A program made the translations under genes and the position numbers. From positions 1,580-65,579 of IMG/VR virus record IMGVR_UViG_3300021139_001731: DNA of 64,000 nt; one strand, written 5' to 3'. This stretch comes from a virus. Lineage: Duplodnaviria; Caudoviricetes. Positions 46,755 through 57,096 of this stretch are shown here, piece after piece (positions within the stretch are counted from its first letter, which is position 1; each line of letters opens with the position of its first letter). The notes below the pieces were generated by a model, which made no database searches, had not been told where the DNA came from, and worked only from the letters and a program-made list of their open reading frames with translations.

Positions 46755-47000
46755 ATGGCAGACAAAAAAGAATTATCATTAGAAGAAAGAAATGTTATAG
46801 CTTTAGAAAAACAAGCAAAAGCAACTGAAAGGTTAGCATATGCAGCTGAAGATATTGCAGAGTTTTTCCACATCTCTGATATTGGTAAATTTACTGAAAA
46901 ATTAGAATGGTATTTATATGAATTTCACCAAATCTTAAAGACAAGACAAGTAGGTGGTTCATCATCTAGACCTGATAAAAATTACGAAAGAGAAGCATAA
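46755..47000 (+). CDS. Hypothetical 81-aa protein
   Basis: TAATG-coupled to the next gene. Confidence 0.6.
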   Translation: MADKKELSLEERNVIALEKQAKATERLAYAAEDIAEFFHISDIGKFTEKLEWYLYEFHQILKTRQVGGSSSRPDKNYEREA

Positions 47001-48412
47001 TGCAAAAACTAGCAATTATAGTTCCATATCGAGATAGACAATCTCACTTAGAAGTATTTATTCCTTATATGGAAGAATATTTAAAGAATTATGATTACAA
47101 GATTTTTGTCATAGAACAAAATGATAGTAAACCTTTTAATAGAGGTAAACTTTTAAACATTGGTGCAAGAATTGCAATTAAAGAAGGATTTGATTATTTT
47201 GCATTACATGATGTGGATATGTTACCATTAAAAAATGTAGATTATTCTTATCCAGAAACACCTGTACATTTAATATCAAAAGTAGATAAAGAAGTTCCAT
47301 TCGTTGATTATTTTGGTGGTGTAACTTTATTTAATGTACATGATTACAAATTAGTTAATGGATATTCTAATGAGTATTGGGGGTGGGGGTTTGAAGATGA
47401 TGATTTATTATATAGATGTATACAAAGAAATATACCATTAGATAAAGTGGCATATGGTATAAAAGATAATAATTATTTGATTAATTATTTTAAATTCGAT
47501 GGAAATACATCATATATTAAAATACCTTATAAGAATTTTCAATCCATATTTAATTCTGATTTTACATTATCAATTAAATTAAAACCGGAAGATACTAAAA
47601 CTTCATTAAAAGAAACATTTGATGAATATTATGCAGTATCAATTCCAGGTAGAAACACTGGTATTTCATATACATCATTTAAAAGATATAAATCAGAAAT
47701 TTGGACAAAAGATGATAAATCAAAATCTATTCAATCAGATATATTAGGTGAAATATGGTCGCATTTAGTTTTAGTTAAAGAGAGTAATCAAATTTCATTT
47801 TATATGAATGGTGAATTAATTGGAACCGAACAACTAAGTGATTTATTGTATGAATATGATAATGATTATTTTTATATTGGTGTAGGTAATCCAACATTAG
47901 ATAGTAAACAATTTTATTTTAAAGGATTAATTGCTGAGTTTGCTATTTGGAATATTGCATTAGATAAAGATAATATAAATGAAGTATACGAAAATTCATT
48001 ATATAAATCAATCATTAACGATTATAGAAAATATAACAAATCAAAATATCTTAAATGTTATTATGATTTTAAAAATTTCAAAGGAGATATTATACAAGAT
48101 TTAAGTGGTAATAGAAACAATGGTATGATGTATAATTGTGAAGATGGTATTATACTAGATAAATTTGAAACAGAAATAGTAGTTCCTATCAGAAGAAAAG
48201 GACAATTTAAAACATTAAAACATACATCTAATTCTACAATTGGAAATAATTGGATTCATTCAGAAACAAGAAATAACCAAGAAAGATTTTATAATGAAAT
48301 GAAAGGTAACATTGTAGATTTATCTATCGATGGATTAAACACCTGTATTTTTAAAGAAATAGATAGAGTGGATATAACAGATAACGCAGTTAAAATTTCA
48401 GTTAATATATGA
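47000..48412 (+). CDS. GT7-like enzyme with inserted LamG domain (copy 2)
   Basis: IVPYRDR, FNRGKLLN, HDVD, WGWGFEDDD; LamG; C-terminal LKH...DGLN. Confidence 0.88.
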   Translation: MQKLAIIVPYRDRQSHLEVFIPYMEEYLKNYDYKIFVIEQNDSKPFNRGKLLNIGARIAIKEGFDYFALHDVDMLPLKNVDYSYPETPVHLISKVDKEVPFVDYFGGVTLFNVHDYKLVNGYSNEYWGWGFEDDDLLYRCIQRNIPLDKVAYGIKDNNYLINYFKFDGNTSYIKIPYKNFQSIFNSDFTLSIKLKPEDTKTSLKETFDEYYAVSIPGRNTGISYTSFKRYKSEIWTKDDKSKSIQSDILGEIWSHLVLVKESNQISFYMNGELIGTEQLSDLLYEYDNDYFYIGVGNPTLDSKQFYFKGLIAEFAIWNIALDKDNINEVYENSLYKSIINDYRKYNKSKYLKCYYDFKNFKGDIIQDLSGNRNNGMMYNCEDGIILDKFETEIVVPIRRKGQFKTLKHTSNSTIGNNWIHSETRNNQERFYNEMKGNIVDLSIDGLNTCIFKEIDRVDITDNAVKISVNI

Positions 48413-49851
48413 AGTTAGGAGTTTGTGTACCATATAGAAATAGAGAAGCTCATTTAGCAGAGTTTGCACCAAGAGTTCATAAATTCTTAACGGAGCAAGC
48501 TATTGAACATAAAATTTATTTTGCACATCAATGTGATGATAAATTGTTCAATAGAGGTAAAATGAAAAATATTGCAGCCAAACACGCGTTTGATGATGGT
48601 TGTGATTATATTGTATGGCACGATATAGATATGGTACCAGAAGATAGTTCTTGTGATTATAGCTTCAATCCTGAGAACCCTAAACATTTAGCAGTAAGAA
48701 TATCTCAAACAGATTATAATCTAAAATATGAGGAGTATTTTGGTGGTGCAGTACTATTCACAAAAGAACAAGTAATGACTACAAATGGTTACTCAAATGA
48801 TTATTGGGATTGGGGTATGGAGGATGATGACCTATTTTGGAGATGTGTATTGACTGGTAATGCAGAGCAACATTATTTACCACAACTTGATAATCAAAAG
48901 TATGGTTATTTCAATGGTAAAGATTCATATGTAAAAATTGAACCATCCCGTTCATTAAGAAATGTTTGTTCAAGGTCGCATACAGTTTCCATATTAGTAA
49001 GAGCACACCAACAAGAAGAAAAAGTTCCAATTTATTTAATTGGTGATGAAGATAGAAGATTTTGTGAATACCCAATTTTCAGAAGACCGGGTCATGATTG
49101 GGGTATATCTTATAATAATAGTAGAGCATTTACTACAATGATGTGGAACAATAGTAGAGAGTTTTTATATCTTTGGGCAAAACGATATGAACAACAATGG
49201 ACATGGGTTACATTGACCGTAGATGATGAAACTAAAGAAATATCATTATATATTAACGGAAAGAAAAGTGATGCACGTTTTGGAACAGGATTATCCTCAC
49301 CATTACAATATGAAGGATTTTTAAAAAGATATGGTATAGAACCTTATTATATAGGAACAACTACATCAGTAAAAGAGGGTGAAGTAAATAAATGGTTTAA
49401 AGGGGATATTGCTAAAATGTTTATTTGGGATAGGTGTTTAGATGAAAATGAAATATTAGAATTTCCAGATGAAATGGTAGCACATTATGATTTTAATGAA
49501 ACTAATGGAAATATTTTAACAGATTTAAGTGGAAATGGAAATCATGGTGAAATATATAATGTAGAAATAAAAGAGGAAGATATTTTGAAAATTCACAATA
49601 CTATCTTACCTTTCCGTAGAGATGGTAAGTTTGAATGTTTACCACACCAAACGGAAGGATTGATTAGTATAGGTGGTGTTGATAAATGGGCAAAGGGTGA
49701 AACTACTGCAAGAAATGAGAGACGATATATTTTAGAAATGCAGCAAGGAACATATGATTGGAAAAATGATGGTATGAATAGTTTAGAATACGAACTCATA
49801 TCAGTAGAAGATATAGGAAATAATTCAGTAATGATAAATTGTAAAGCATAA
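48409..49851 (+). CDS. GT7-like enzyme with inserted LamG domain (copy 3)
   Basis: CVPYRNR, FNRGKMKN, HDID, WGMEDDD; LamG; C-terminal LPH...DGMNSLEY. Confidence 0.88.
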   Translation: MKLGVCVPYRNREAHLAEFAPRVHKFLTEQAIEHKIYFAHQCDDKLFNRGKMKNIAAKHAFDDGCDYIVWHDIDMVPEDSSCDYSFNPENPKHLAVRISQTDYNLKYEEYFGGAVLFTKEQVMTTNGYSNDYWDWGMEDDDLFWRCVLTGNAEQHYLPQLDNQKYGYFNGKDSYVKIEPSRSLRNVCSRSHTVSILVRAHQQEEKVPIYLIGDEDRRFCEYPIFRRPGHDWGISYNNSRAFTTMMWNNSREFLYLWAKRYEQQWTWVTLTVDDETKEISLYINGKKSDARFGTGLSSPLQYEGFLKRYGIEPYYIGTTTSVKEGEVNKWFKGDIAKMFIWDRCLDENEILEFPDEMVAHYDFNETNGNILTDLSGNGNHGEIYNVEIKEEDILKIHNTILPFRRDGKFECLPHQTEGLISIGGVDKWAKGETTARNERRYILEMQQGTYDWKNDGMNSLEYELISVEDIGNNSVMINCKA

Positions 49852-51242
49852 TGGCAAGTTATGAAGAGTTTGAAAAGGTAAGAGAAAACCTTAATTCAGT
49901 AGGTGTAGGGTTTTGTTTAGCAAAATGGATGCAAGTAACAATGCATTTACATATTGGACATAATCATTCATGTCACCACCCAATGACACACCAAATATCA
50001 ACAACTGAAATAGAAAGAGATCCATCGGCATTACATAATACTCGATTCAAAAAAGAAAAGAGAAAAGAAATGTTAGAAGGAAAAAGACCAACAGAATGTG
50101 ATTATTGTTGGGGTGTAGAAGATAGTTCAAATCAATTTAGTGATAGAACTTTTAAATCATCTGAACCATGGGCATATCCACACTTAGAAAAAATTAAAAA
50201 TACACATTGGAGAGAAAATATAAATCCTTCATATGTAGAAGTTTCATTCAGTAATGCTTGTAATTTTAAATGTTCATATTGTGCACCACCATTCTCAACA
50301 AAATGGATGGAAGAAATAGAACAATACGGTGGTTATCCAACAAGTGATAGTTTTAATGATTTGAAACATTTTACTAGTAGTGGTAGAATTCCCATTCCAC
50401 AAAATGAATACAATCCATATGTAGAAGCATTTTGGAAATGGTGGCCTGAGTTATATCAAGATTTATATACATTTAGAATTACGGGTGGTGAACCTATGAT
50501 GCATAAAGATACTATGAAAGTATTAGATTATATTATTGATTCACCAAATCCTAATAAAGAATTATCATTAAGTATTAATTCAAATTTAGGAGTTCCAGAT
50601 AGTTTATATAAAAAATTCAGAGAGAAATTTAAAATAATTTCGGATAGAGGATTAGTTAAAGAATTAATAATTTATACAAGTTGTGATGGATATGGTGCAC
50701 AGGCCGAGTATGGTAGAAATGGATTAGTTTATAATCAATTAATGGATAGAATTGATGATTTATGTGATTATATTCCTAGATTAACAATTGATATTATGAG
50801 CACTTATAACGTGTTATCGGTTCCATCTTATAAAAAATTAATAACGGATGTTTATTCATTAAAAGCAAAACATACAAACGCATTAAGATATTACAAACAA
50901 CCTCTTTTATTAGATAGTTCATACCTTCGTTATCCTAATCATCAATCTATTAAAATATTAGATAGAGAATGGGAAAAGGAAATATTTGAACAAGCACAAT
51001 TAGTTGAGTTTCATGAATTACTAAGAGAAGATGCTAATTGTTATGGGTTTAGTGATGTTGAAATTGTAAAAGTAAGAAGAATACATGATTATTTTATTTC
51101 AATTGATGATGAAGATAGAATGGCACACAGAAAAGATTTTTATAAATTTTTTAGTGAACATGATAAAAGAAGAGGAACTAATTTTGAGAAAACATTTCCT
51201 GAATTAACTGATTTTTATAACAAATGTAAAGAAATGAAATAA
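49851..51242 (+). CDS. Radical SAM protein with N-terminal twitch/SPASM-like Cys cluster
   Basis: CNFKCSYC, GGEP; N-terminal CLAKW...SCHH...CDYCW. Confidence 0.88.
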   Translation: MASYEEFEKVRENLNSVGVGFCLAKWMQVTMHLHIGHNHSCHHPMTHQISTTEIERDPSALHNTRFKKEKRKEMLEGKRPTECDYCWGVEDSSNQFSDRTFKSSEPWAYPHLEKIKNTHWRENINPSYVEVSFSNACNFKCSYCAPPFSTKWMEEIEQYGGYPTSDSFNDLKHFTSSGRIPIPQNEYNPYVEAFWKWWPELYQDLYTFRITGGEPMMHKDTMKVLDYIIDSPNPNKELSLSINSNLGVPDSLYKKFREKFKIISDRGLVKELIIYTSCDGYGAQAEYGRNGLVYNQLMDRIDDLCDYIPRLTIDIMSTYNVLSVPSYKKLITDVYSLKAKHTNALRYYKQPLLLDSSYLRYPNHQSIKILDREWEKEIFEQAQLVEFHELLREDANCYGFSDVEIVKVRRIHDYFISIDDEDRMAHRKDFYKFFSEHDKRRGTNFEKTFPELTDFYNKCKEMK

Positions 51243-51925
51243 TGGAATTTAAAGATACCTTTTGTGCAAGTTTATTTAGAGAAAGTAAACATAATACATC
51301 ATTAAAACCAAATTTATTAAGCGATATATTTCAACATTCAGTTAAAATAGAATGTAAATTTATAGCAGAAAATAATTATAAAAAACAATGGATTTTTTCT
51401 AAACAAGGAATAATTAATAGTGGATGTTTTATTGATGGTAATAAATTATCATTTACATTATCATCAACCACTAATGATATTGATTTTACAAATAGTCAAG
51501 TTCAAATAGATTATGAATTTGATTATAATAAAGAATATGAAATTCAATATAAAATCAATACAAATACAAATGAATTAATAGTATCAGTAAATGGTGAAAT
51601 TAGAAAAATGTATTATAGTGGAAATCTTAGTGATTATTCAAACGTACCATTATGGATAGGAACATCTAATCCATTTGTAGAGCCACAAAATTATTTTAAT
51701 GGAAATATATCTAAGTTTATAGTTTCAAATAATGATGGAATTATTACGGATTTAGATTTTACAAATGTTAATAGATTTAAAGTTTGGGATAAAAGTGGTA
51801 ATGGTAATTTTGCTTACATAGAAGAATTTGCAAATAAAACAATACAAATAAAATTAAATAGAATGATAGCTGGAAATTCATTAGAACCAGCAGATATTAC
51901 TAATATAAAACAAACTTTAATATAA
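51242..51925 (+). CDS. Stand-alone LamG/concanavalin-like domain protein
   Basis: LWIG...YFNGNIS...WDKSGNGN, matching the GT7 inserts. Confidence 0.6.
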   Translation: MEFKDTFCASLFRESKHNTSLKPNLLSDIFQHSVKIECKFIAENNYKKQWIFSKQGIINSGCFIDGNKLSFTLSSTTNDIDFTNSQVQIDYEFDYNKEYEIQYKINTNTNELIVSVNGEIRKMYYSGNLSDYSNVPLWIGTSNPFVEPQNYFNGNISKFIVSNNDGIITDLDFTNVNRFKVWDKSGNGNFAYIEEFANKTIQIKLNRMIAGNSLEPADITNIKQTLI

Positions 51926-52893
51926 TGAAAATATTAATAACAGGTGGAGCTGGATATTTAGGAACAGTTATCACTAAAACAATGTTAGAAGCAGGGCATA
52001 AAGTAACTGCAATAGATAATTTATCATTTAAACAATTATCACCTTTACATTATACATCAAACCCAAACTATAATTTTATTTATGGCGATGTAAGAAATGA
52101 AGCATTTTTAAGACATCAAGTTGGTATTCATGATGTTATAATTCCATTGGCAGCAATTGTAGGATTTCCCGCATGTAAAGCAGACCCTAAATTAGCGTGG
52201 GAAGTTAATTTTCATCAAATAGAAACTATATTAGATACAATTACTGATGACCAAATTATTTTATACCCAAATACAAATAGTGGTTATGGTATTGGTGAAG
52301 GACAAACGGAATGTACTGAAACTTCGCCACTAAACCCAATTTCAGTTTATGGTGAAAGTAAATGTGCAGCTGAAAAATTATTATTAGAATGTTCACAGTC
52401 AGTATGTTTTCGTTTGGCAACCGTATTCGGTACATCGGCAAGAATGAGAACGGATTTGTTAGTTAATGAATTTGTTTACAAAGCAATGACTGATAAATAC
52501 ATTACCGTTTTTGAAAAACATTTTAAGAGAAACTTTATTCATATTAATGATGTAGCAAGTGTATTTTTATGGGCATTGAACAATTACGATAAAATGAAAC
52601 ACAATGTTTACAATGTTGGATTGAGTGATGCAAATTTAAGTAAACAAGAATTATTAGAAAAAATACAAGAATATATTCCTGATTTTGCAATTAGTTATTC
52701 TGATTTTTATGAAGATCCGGATAAGAGAGATTATATTGTATCAAACGCAAAAATAGAAGCAACAGGTTGGAAACCAAAGTATAGTTTAGATGATGGTATT
52801 AAAGAATTGATGAAAACATATCAGGTCTTAATTCCAAAAATGACATCTGAATTTAGAAACGGATTCCCATTAGGTTACGCACAAACTTTTTAA
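51925..52893 (+). CDS. NAD-dependent epimerase/dehydratase (extended SDR)
   Basis: TGGAGYLG, YGESK, RNFIHINDV. Confidence 0.92.
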   Translation: MKILITGGAGYLGTVITKTMLEAGHKVTAIDNLSFKQLSPLHYTSNPNYNFIYGDVRNEAFLRHQVGIHDVIIPLAAIVGFPACKADPKLAWEVNFHQIETILDTITDDQIILYPNTNSGYGIGEGQTECTETSPLNPISVYGESKCAAEKLLLECSQSVCFRLATVFGTSARMRTDLLVNEFVYKAMTDKYITVFEKHFKRNFIHINDVASVFLWALNNYDKMKHNVYNVGLSDANLSKQELLEKIQEYIPDFAISYSDFYEDPDKRDYIVSNAKIEATGWKPKYSLDDGIKELMKTYQVLIPKMTSEFRNGFPLGYAQTF

Positions 52894-52894
52894 T

Positions 52895-54442
52895 ATGAGT
52901 AATTTTGTTTGGGGTAAAAAAGGTGATGAAACATTTCAAGAATATAGAGATAGAGCAATAAACTCAGTATCTCCATCTTTTTGTGGTGCAAAGTGGTATA
53001 ATGCAACCATATGGTTAAATATGGGACAAACTACATCATGCCATCATCCACCTGCACACAAAATACCACTAGAAGAATTGGATAAATCATACAAAGCACT
53101 TCATAATACGCACTACAAAAAGTTAGTTCGTAAAGAAATGTTAGAAGGTATAAGACCGGCAGAATGTGAGTATTGTTGGAAAGTAGAAGATTTAGGACCA
53201 GATAAAGTAAGTGATAGAGTTTACAAATCAGTTATATATTCGGATGAAGAATTGATTGAAGCAAAAGAACAATTTGGTTATACTAAGGATGTGGATTTGA
53301 AAACATTGGAAATTAGTTTTGATGCTAATTGTAACTTTGCATGTTCATATTGTAATGCATCATTTAGTACAACTTGGCAAACTGATATTAAAACAAATGG
53401 AGCTTATCAAAATTTAGTTACTGATGGTGCACCTGCATTTCACCACGCTGGAGATGATGCAATGATATATGGTAAGGATAACAAAGATAATCCATATGTT
53501 GCAGCATTTTGGAAATGGTGGGAAGGTGAGTTACAACATTCATTAAGAGAGTTAAGAGTTACTGGTGGCGAACCTACAATGAGTAAAGATTTTTGGAAGT
53601 TAATGGATTGGTGGAAAACCCATAATGAATGTAGTGTTAGATTTGCAGTTAATTCTAATTTAGGACAAAAGCAAGAGTTAGTAGATAGATTAATAGCAGC
53701 AACTCACAACTTTAAGGAAATCGATATTTATACGAGTGGTGAAAGTGTTGGTAAGCATGCAGAATATATTAGAGATGGTAAAGATTGGAATAGGTGGAAA
53801 ACAAATGTAGAAGCAATATTGAGAGATGGTAAAGTAAGAACAATGAATGTAATGATGACAATAAATGCATTATGTTTGTTTAGTATTACAGATTTCTTAG
53901 ATGAAATGAATATATTAAGAGAGAAGTATATAGATAAAACTCCACTCCTAATGACACTTAATATTTTAAGATTTCCTTCATTTCAATCAGCAACTACACT
54001 ACCTGAAGAAATACGATTAGAAAGAGCAGACCACCTTCAAAATTGGGTTGAAAACTTTATTAAGAGTAAACCTTCATATTACAACGATACCGATTTGTGG
54101 GGGCTTGCAAATCAAATTTATAGGTTATGTGAATATTTAAGAGAAGTAACACAAGGACATAGATTTGCATCGGATTTAAGAAGTAGACAGAGAGATTTCA
54201 AATCATTCTATCAACAATATGATATTCGTAGAGGTAAAAACTTTATTGAAACATTTCCAGAATTGGAAGATTGGTTTGAAATGGTTAGAGAAAGTAGAAC
54301 TGATTATGTTCAAGAAATCAAAAAGGTTAGGGGTGATGAAAATAATCGTTACAAATTAGATTATGAAAAAAGAGCATTAGAAGAAGGTATTGTAACAGAT
54401 GATTTAGAAAATGAAATTATAAAACATTTGAATAATGAGTAA
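52895..54442 (+). CDS. Radical SAM protein, paralogue of 49851-51242
   Basis: CNFACSYC, TGGEP; N-terminal CGAKW...SCHH...CEYCW. Confidence 0.88.
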   Translation: MSNFVWGKKGDETFQEYRDRAINSVSPSFCGAKWYNATIWLNMGQTTSCHHPPAHKIPLEELDKSYKALHNTHYKKLVRKEMLEGIRPAECEYCWKVEDLGPDKVSDRVYKSVIYSDEELIEAKEQFGYTKDVDLKTLEISFDANCNFACSYCNASFSTTWQTDIKTNGAYQNLVTDGAPAFHHAGDDAMIYGKDNKDNPYVAAFWKWWEGELQHSLRELRVTGGEPTMSKDFWKLMDWWKTHNECSVRFAVNSNLGQKQELVDRLIAATHNFKEIDIYTSGESVGKHAEYIRDGKDWNRWKTNVEAILRDGKVRTMNVMMTINALCLFSITDFLDEMNILREKYIDKTPLLMTLNILRFPSFQSATTLPEEIRLERADHLQNWVENFIKSKPSYYNDTDLWGLANQIYRLCEYLREVTQGHRFASDLRSRQRDFKSFYQQYDIRRGKNFIETFPELEDWFEMVRESRTDYVQEIKKVRGDENNRYKLDYEKRALEEGIVTDDLENEIIKHLNNE

Positions 54443-54971
54443 TAAATGGGATCAATTTAGAGTAACTCCATCAAAAAAATTTGGTATGGAAGTTCCAATC
54501 TTTACACCTTCAATTTATAGAGAGTATAGAGGTGAAATATTTACAACATTTCATAATCAGGAACATCCTGTAATGATAAGAATAGGTGAAGGACATGAAA
54601 TACATAGCAGATTCTCAAAATCATATAAGGGTGTTTTAAGAGGATTACACTATGACAATAAAACTTGGAAACTTGTACAAGCTTTAGTTGGAGATATTTA
54701 CCTAATTGTTTTGGATATGCGAAAAGAAAGTCCTACATTTGGAGAGTGGGAATCCTTTATGATAACTGAGAAAGATAGAAATCAAGTATTAATTCCACCA
54801 GGATTCGCAAATGGACATTACGCATTAACCGATTGTATTTTTCATTATAACTTATTTTATAAAGATGGTTATGTGGATGCAGATGAGCAAGGTGTGGTTA
54901 AATGGAATGATCCGGAATATCAAATGGAATGGCCAACAATAAATCCAATATTACAAAAAAGAGATAGATAA
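54435..54971 (+). CDS. rmlC: dTDP-4-dehydrorhamnose 3,5-epimerase-like (RmlC cupin)
   Basis: RGLH, KLV, DMRKESPTFG, IPPGFANG. Confidence 0.85.
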   Translation: MSNKWDQFRVTPSKKFGMEVPIFTPSIYREYRGEIFTTFHNQEHPVMIRIGEGHEIHSRFSKSYKGVLRGLHYDNKTWKLVQALVGDIYLIVLDMRKESPTFGEWESFMITEKDRNQVLIPPGFANGHYALTDCIFHYNLFYKDGYVDADEQGVVKWNDPEYQMEWPTINPILQKRDR

Positions 54972-55606
54972 TGATAGAAAATTTACAAAAATATCCAGTT
55001 GTATCAGAAGTTCGTTACACAAAGGAAGATTTAATTAACTACGAAAGAATGATTGCAGACCATTGGGAAGCAGGTAAGATTAAAGGACCGGTGCATTTAA
55101 GTGGTGGTAACGAAGAACAACTTATTGAAATTGGTAAAAGAATTAAAGAAACAGATTGGGTATTCTCAACCTGGCGTTCTCATTATCACGCACTAATTAA
55201 AGGTGTGTGTCCAGTTTGGTTAGAAGAAGAAATCTTAGCAGGTAGAAGTATTACTATTGTTAGTGAGGAACAAAGATTTTATGCAAGTGCAATTGTAGGA
55301 GCAATCATACCTATCGCAGTTGGTGTAGCTATGGCAAATAAAAGAGATGGTAAAGATGATAAGGTATTTTGTTTTGTAGGTGATATGGCATTTGAGACCG
55401 GTGGGTTTTATGAAATGCACAAATATGCAGAAAGATATGATTTACCAATTGTATTTGTAGTAGAAGATAATGGTGTATCAACTAACACTCCAACTGAAGC
55501 AACTTGGAATGGAGAAAAGAGAACAATACCATCAGAAAAAGTTATTTGGTATTCATATGAAAAAGTATGGCCTCATTATGGAACAGGTAAATGGGTAATA
55601 TTTTAA
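54971..55606 (+). CDS. TPP-dependent enzyme, E1 alpha-like subunit (short)
   Basis: HLSGGNEE, STWRSHYH, GDMA...E...EDNG TPP-binding motif; 211 aa. Confidence 0.85.
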   Translation: MIENLQKYPVVSEVRYTKEDLINYERMIADHWEAGKIKGPVHLSGGNEEQLIEIGKRIKETDWVFSTWRSHYHALIKGVCPVWLEEEILAGRSITIVSEEQRFYASAIVGAIIPIAVGVAMANKRDGKDDKVFCFVGDMAFETGGFYEMHKYAERYDLPIVFVVEDNGVSTNTPTEATWNGEKRTIPSEKVIWYSYEKVWPHYGTGKWVIF

Positions 55607-57096
55607 TGGAAAAAATAAATTTTATATACGAATACGAAAACGATGGGGTTATATTTCCAAATGGATTAACATACGATGCGTATCTTTCTACATTGGAACA
55701 AATACAACTTCATGGTGTTTCTACAAATGATTTTTTTACTAGAGGTTATACTGACCATCATATGGTTATAAATTTATCCTCAAAGTATCCAGAAAAAACA
55801 TTTAATGTATTTTATACAAGAACTATATATGAAAATGTATTACACTTCTTTACAAAAGTAAATGAAAGAAAATATACATTTGAAAAAAATGATAAACAAT
55901 TTGAAGTAAATTTAATAACACCAGATAAAATACAAAGTGGTGAAAGAAATTATTATATTGTAAATTTATTTGGTAACGAAGATTTTTTATTTCAAACTCC
56001 ATCTTTGACTGTAACTAATTTAGAAGAAAAACAATCTGGAAATAGACCACTTTTAAATTTAGATGAAAAAATTATAAATGCAATTAAATTAGGAGATTTA
56101 AAATTAGTAATTGCAACTTTCCATGAAGGTGGTGTACATTATCCATCTTTTTTTGAAAAATTATATTTTAGTTGTTTTAAATTAGGATTAAATCCGAATG
56201 ATATACATTATGTAAATGCGGATGCAAATATAGAATTACAACATGATTTATATTGTAGAAATAATATAATTCCTGGAAAAATAAATTGTCATTTTGTAGA
56301 TTGGTTATTTACAACGGCTTGTGGGGCATATTCAAATAATCCATATGATGAAGATGTATTAAATTATGAAGGTGAGAGAGAGAAAAACTTTTTAATATTT
56401 AATCGTTCAGTATTTAAAGATCATAGATTTTGGTATTTATCACAATTACAAAAAAATAAAGTATTAGATGATTGTTTATTTTCTATGATATTTCCATATG
56501 ATAGAGAAATACAATTTGGACAAGATATATACAGAGGATTTCCTGCATTTACAACGGAAGAAGAATTTAAAGAAGTATTACCATATATGCAAGAAGTGAA
56601 AGATATGGGTTCTATTAAAATTGATGATGTAGATACATTTGAAGATTCTACATTTTATGTTAATGGACGTAGAGTTCACTATGGTTGGATTGATTGGAGT
56701 AAACCTACATTTGATTTTACTTTCTTACGAACATATATGACATTACTTACTGAATCATCTTTTACAAGTTGTCAAGTTTCTGAAAAAGGAGTAAAGGCAT
56801 TAAGATACTATCATCCATTCATAGCGGTAGCAGGACCACATTATTTAAAAATGTTAAGAAGAAAAGGATTTAGAACATTTGGTAAATATTTTGATGAGAG
56901 TTATGATGATATTGAAGATCATGGAGAACGAATGAAAGCAATCGTTAAACTTACAACTGAATTAAACGATCCAAAAAAACTACATAAAATATTTATGGAT
57001 AGTAAAGAAGATGTAATTTACAATTCACATTTATGTAGAACATTTTCTGACTACCAAACAATACAAGAACTATTTTACAATATATTTGAAATATGA
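55606..57096 (+). CDS. Putative GT-B glycosyltransferase with GT10-like C-terminal motif
   Basis: LLTESSF...VSEKGVKAL..YHPFI..AG; start placed at the TAATG overlap (55606) rather than 55591. Confidence 0.4.
   Translation: MEKINFIYEYENDGVIFPNGLTYDAYLSTLEQIQLHGVSTNDFFTRGYTDHHMVINLSSKYPEKTFNVFYTRTIYENVLHFFTKVNERKYTFEKNDKQFEVNLITPDKIQSGERNYYIVNLFGNEDFLFQTPSLTVTNLEEKQSGNRPLLNLDEKIINAIKLGDLKLVIATFHEGGVHYPSFFEKLYFSCFKLGLNPNDIHYVNADANIELQHDLYCRNNIIPGKINCHFVDWLFTTACGAYSNNPYDEDVLNYEGEREKNFLIFNRSVFKDHRFWYLSQLQKNKVLDDCLFSMIFPYDREIQFGQDIYRGFPAFTTEEEFKEVLPYMQEVKDMGSIKIDDVDTFEDSTFYVNGRRVHYGWIDWSKPTFDFTFLRTYMTLLTESSFTSCQVSEKGVKALRYYHPFIAVAGPHYLKMLRRKGFRTFGKYFDESYDDIEDHGERMKAIVKLTTELNDPKKLHKIFMDSKEDVIYNSHLCRTFSDYQTIQELFYNIFEI

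Noticed and set aside
55591-55605. ATG 55591 start for the GT-B-like gene
   Set aside because: The TAATG overlap at 55606 matches the coupling used throughout the window
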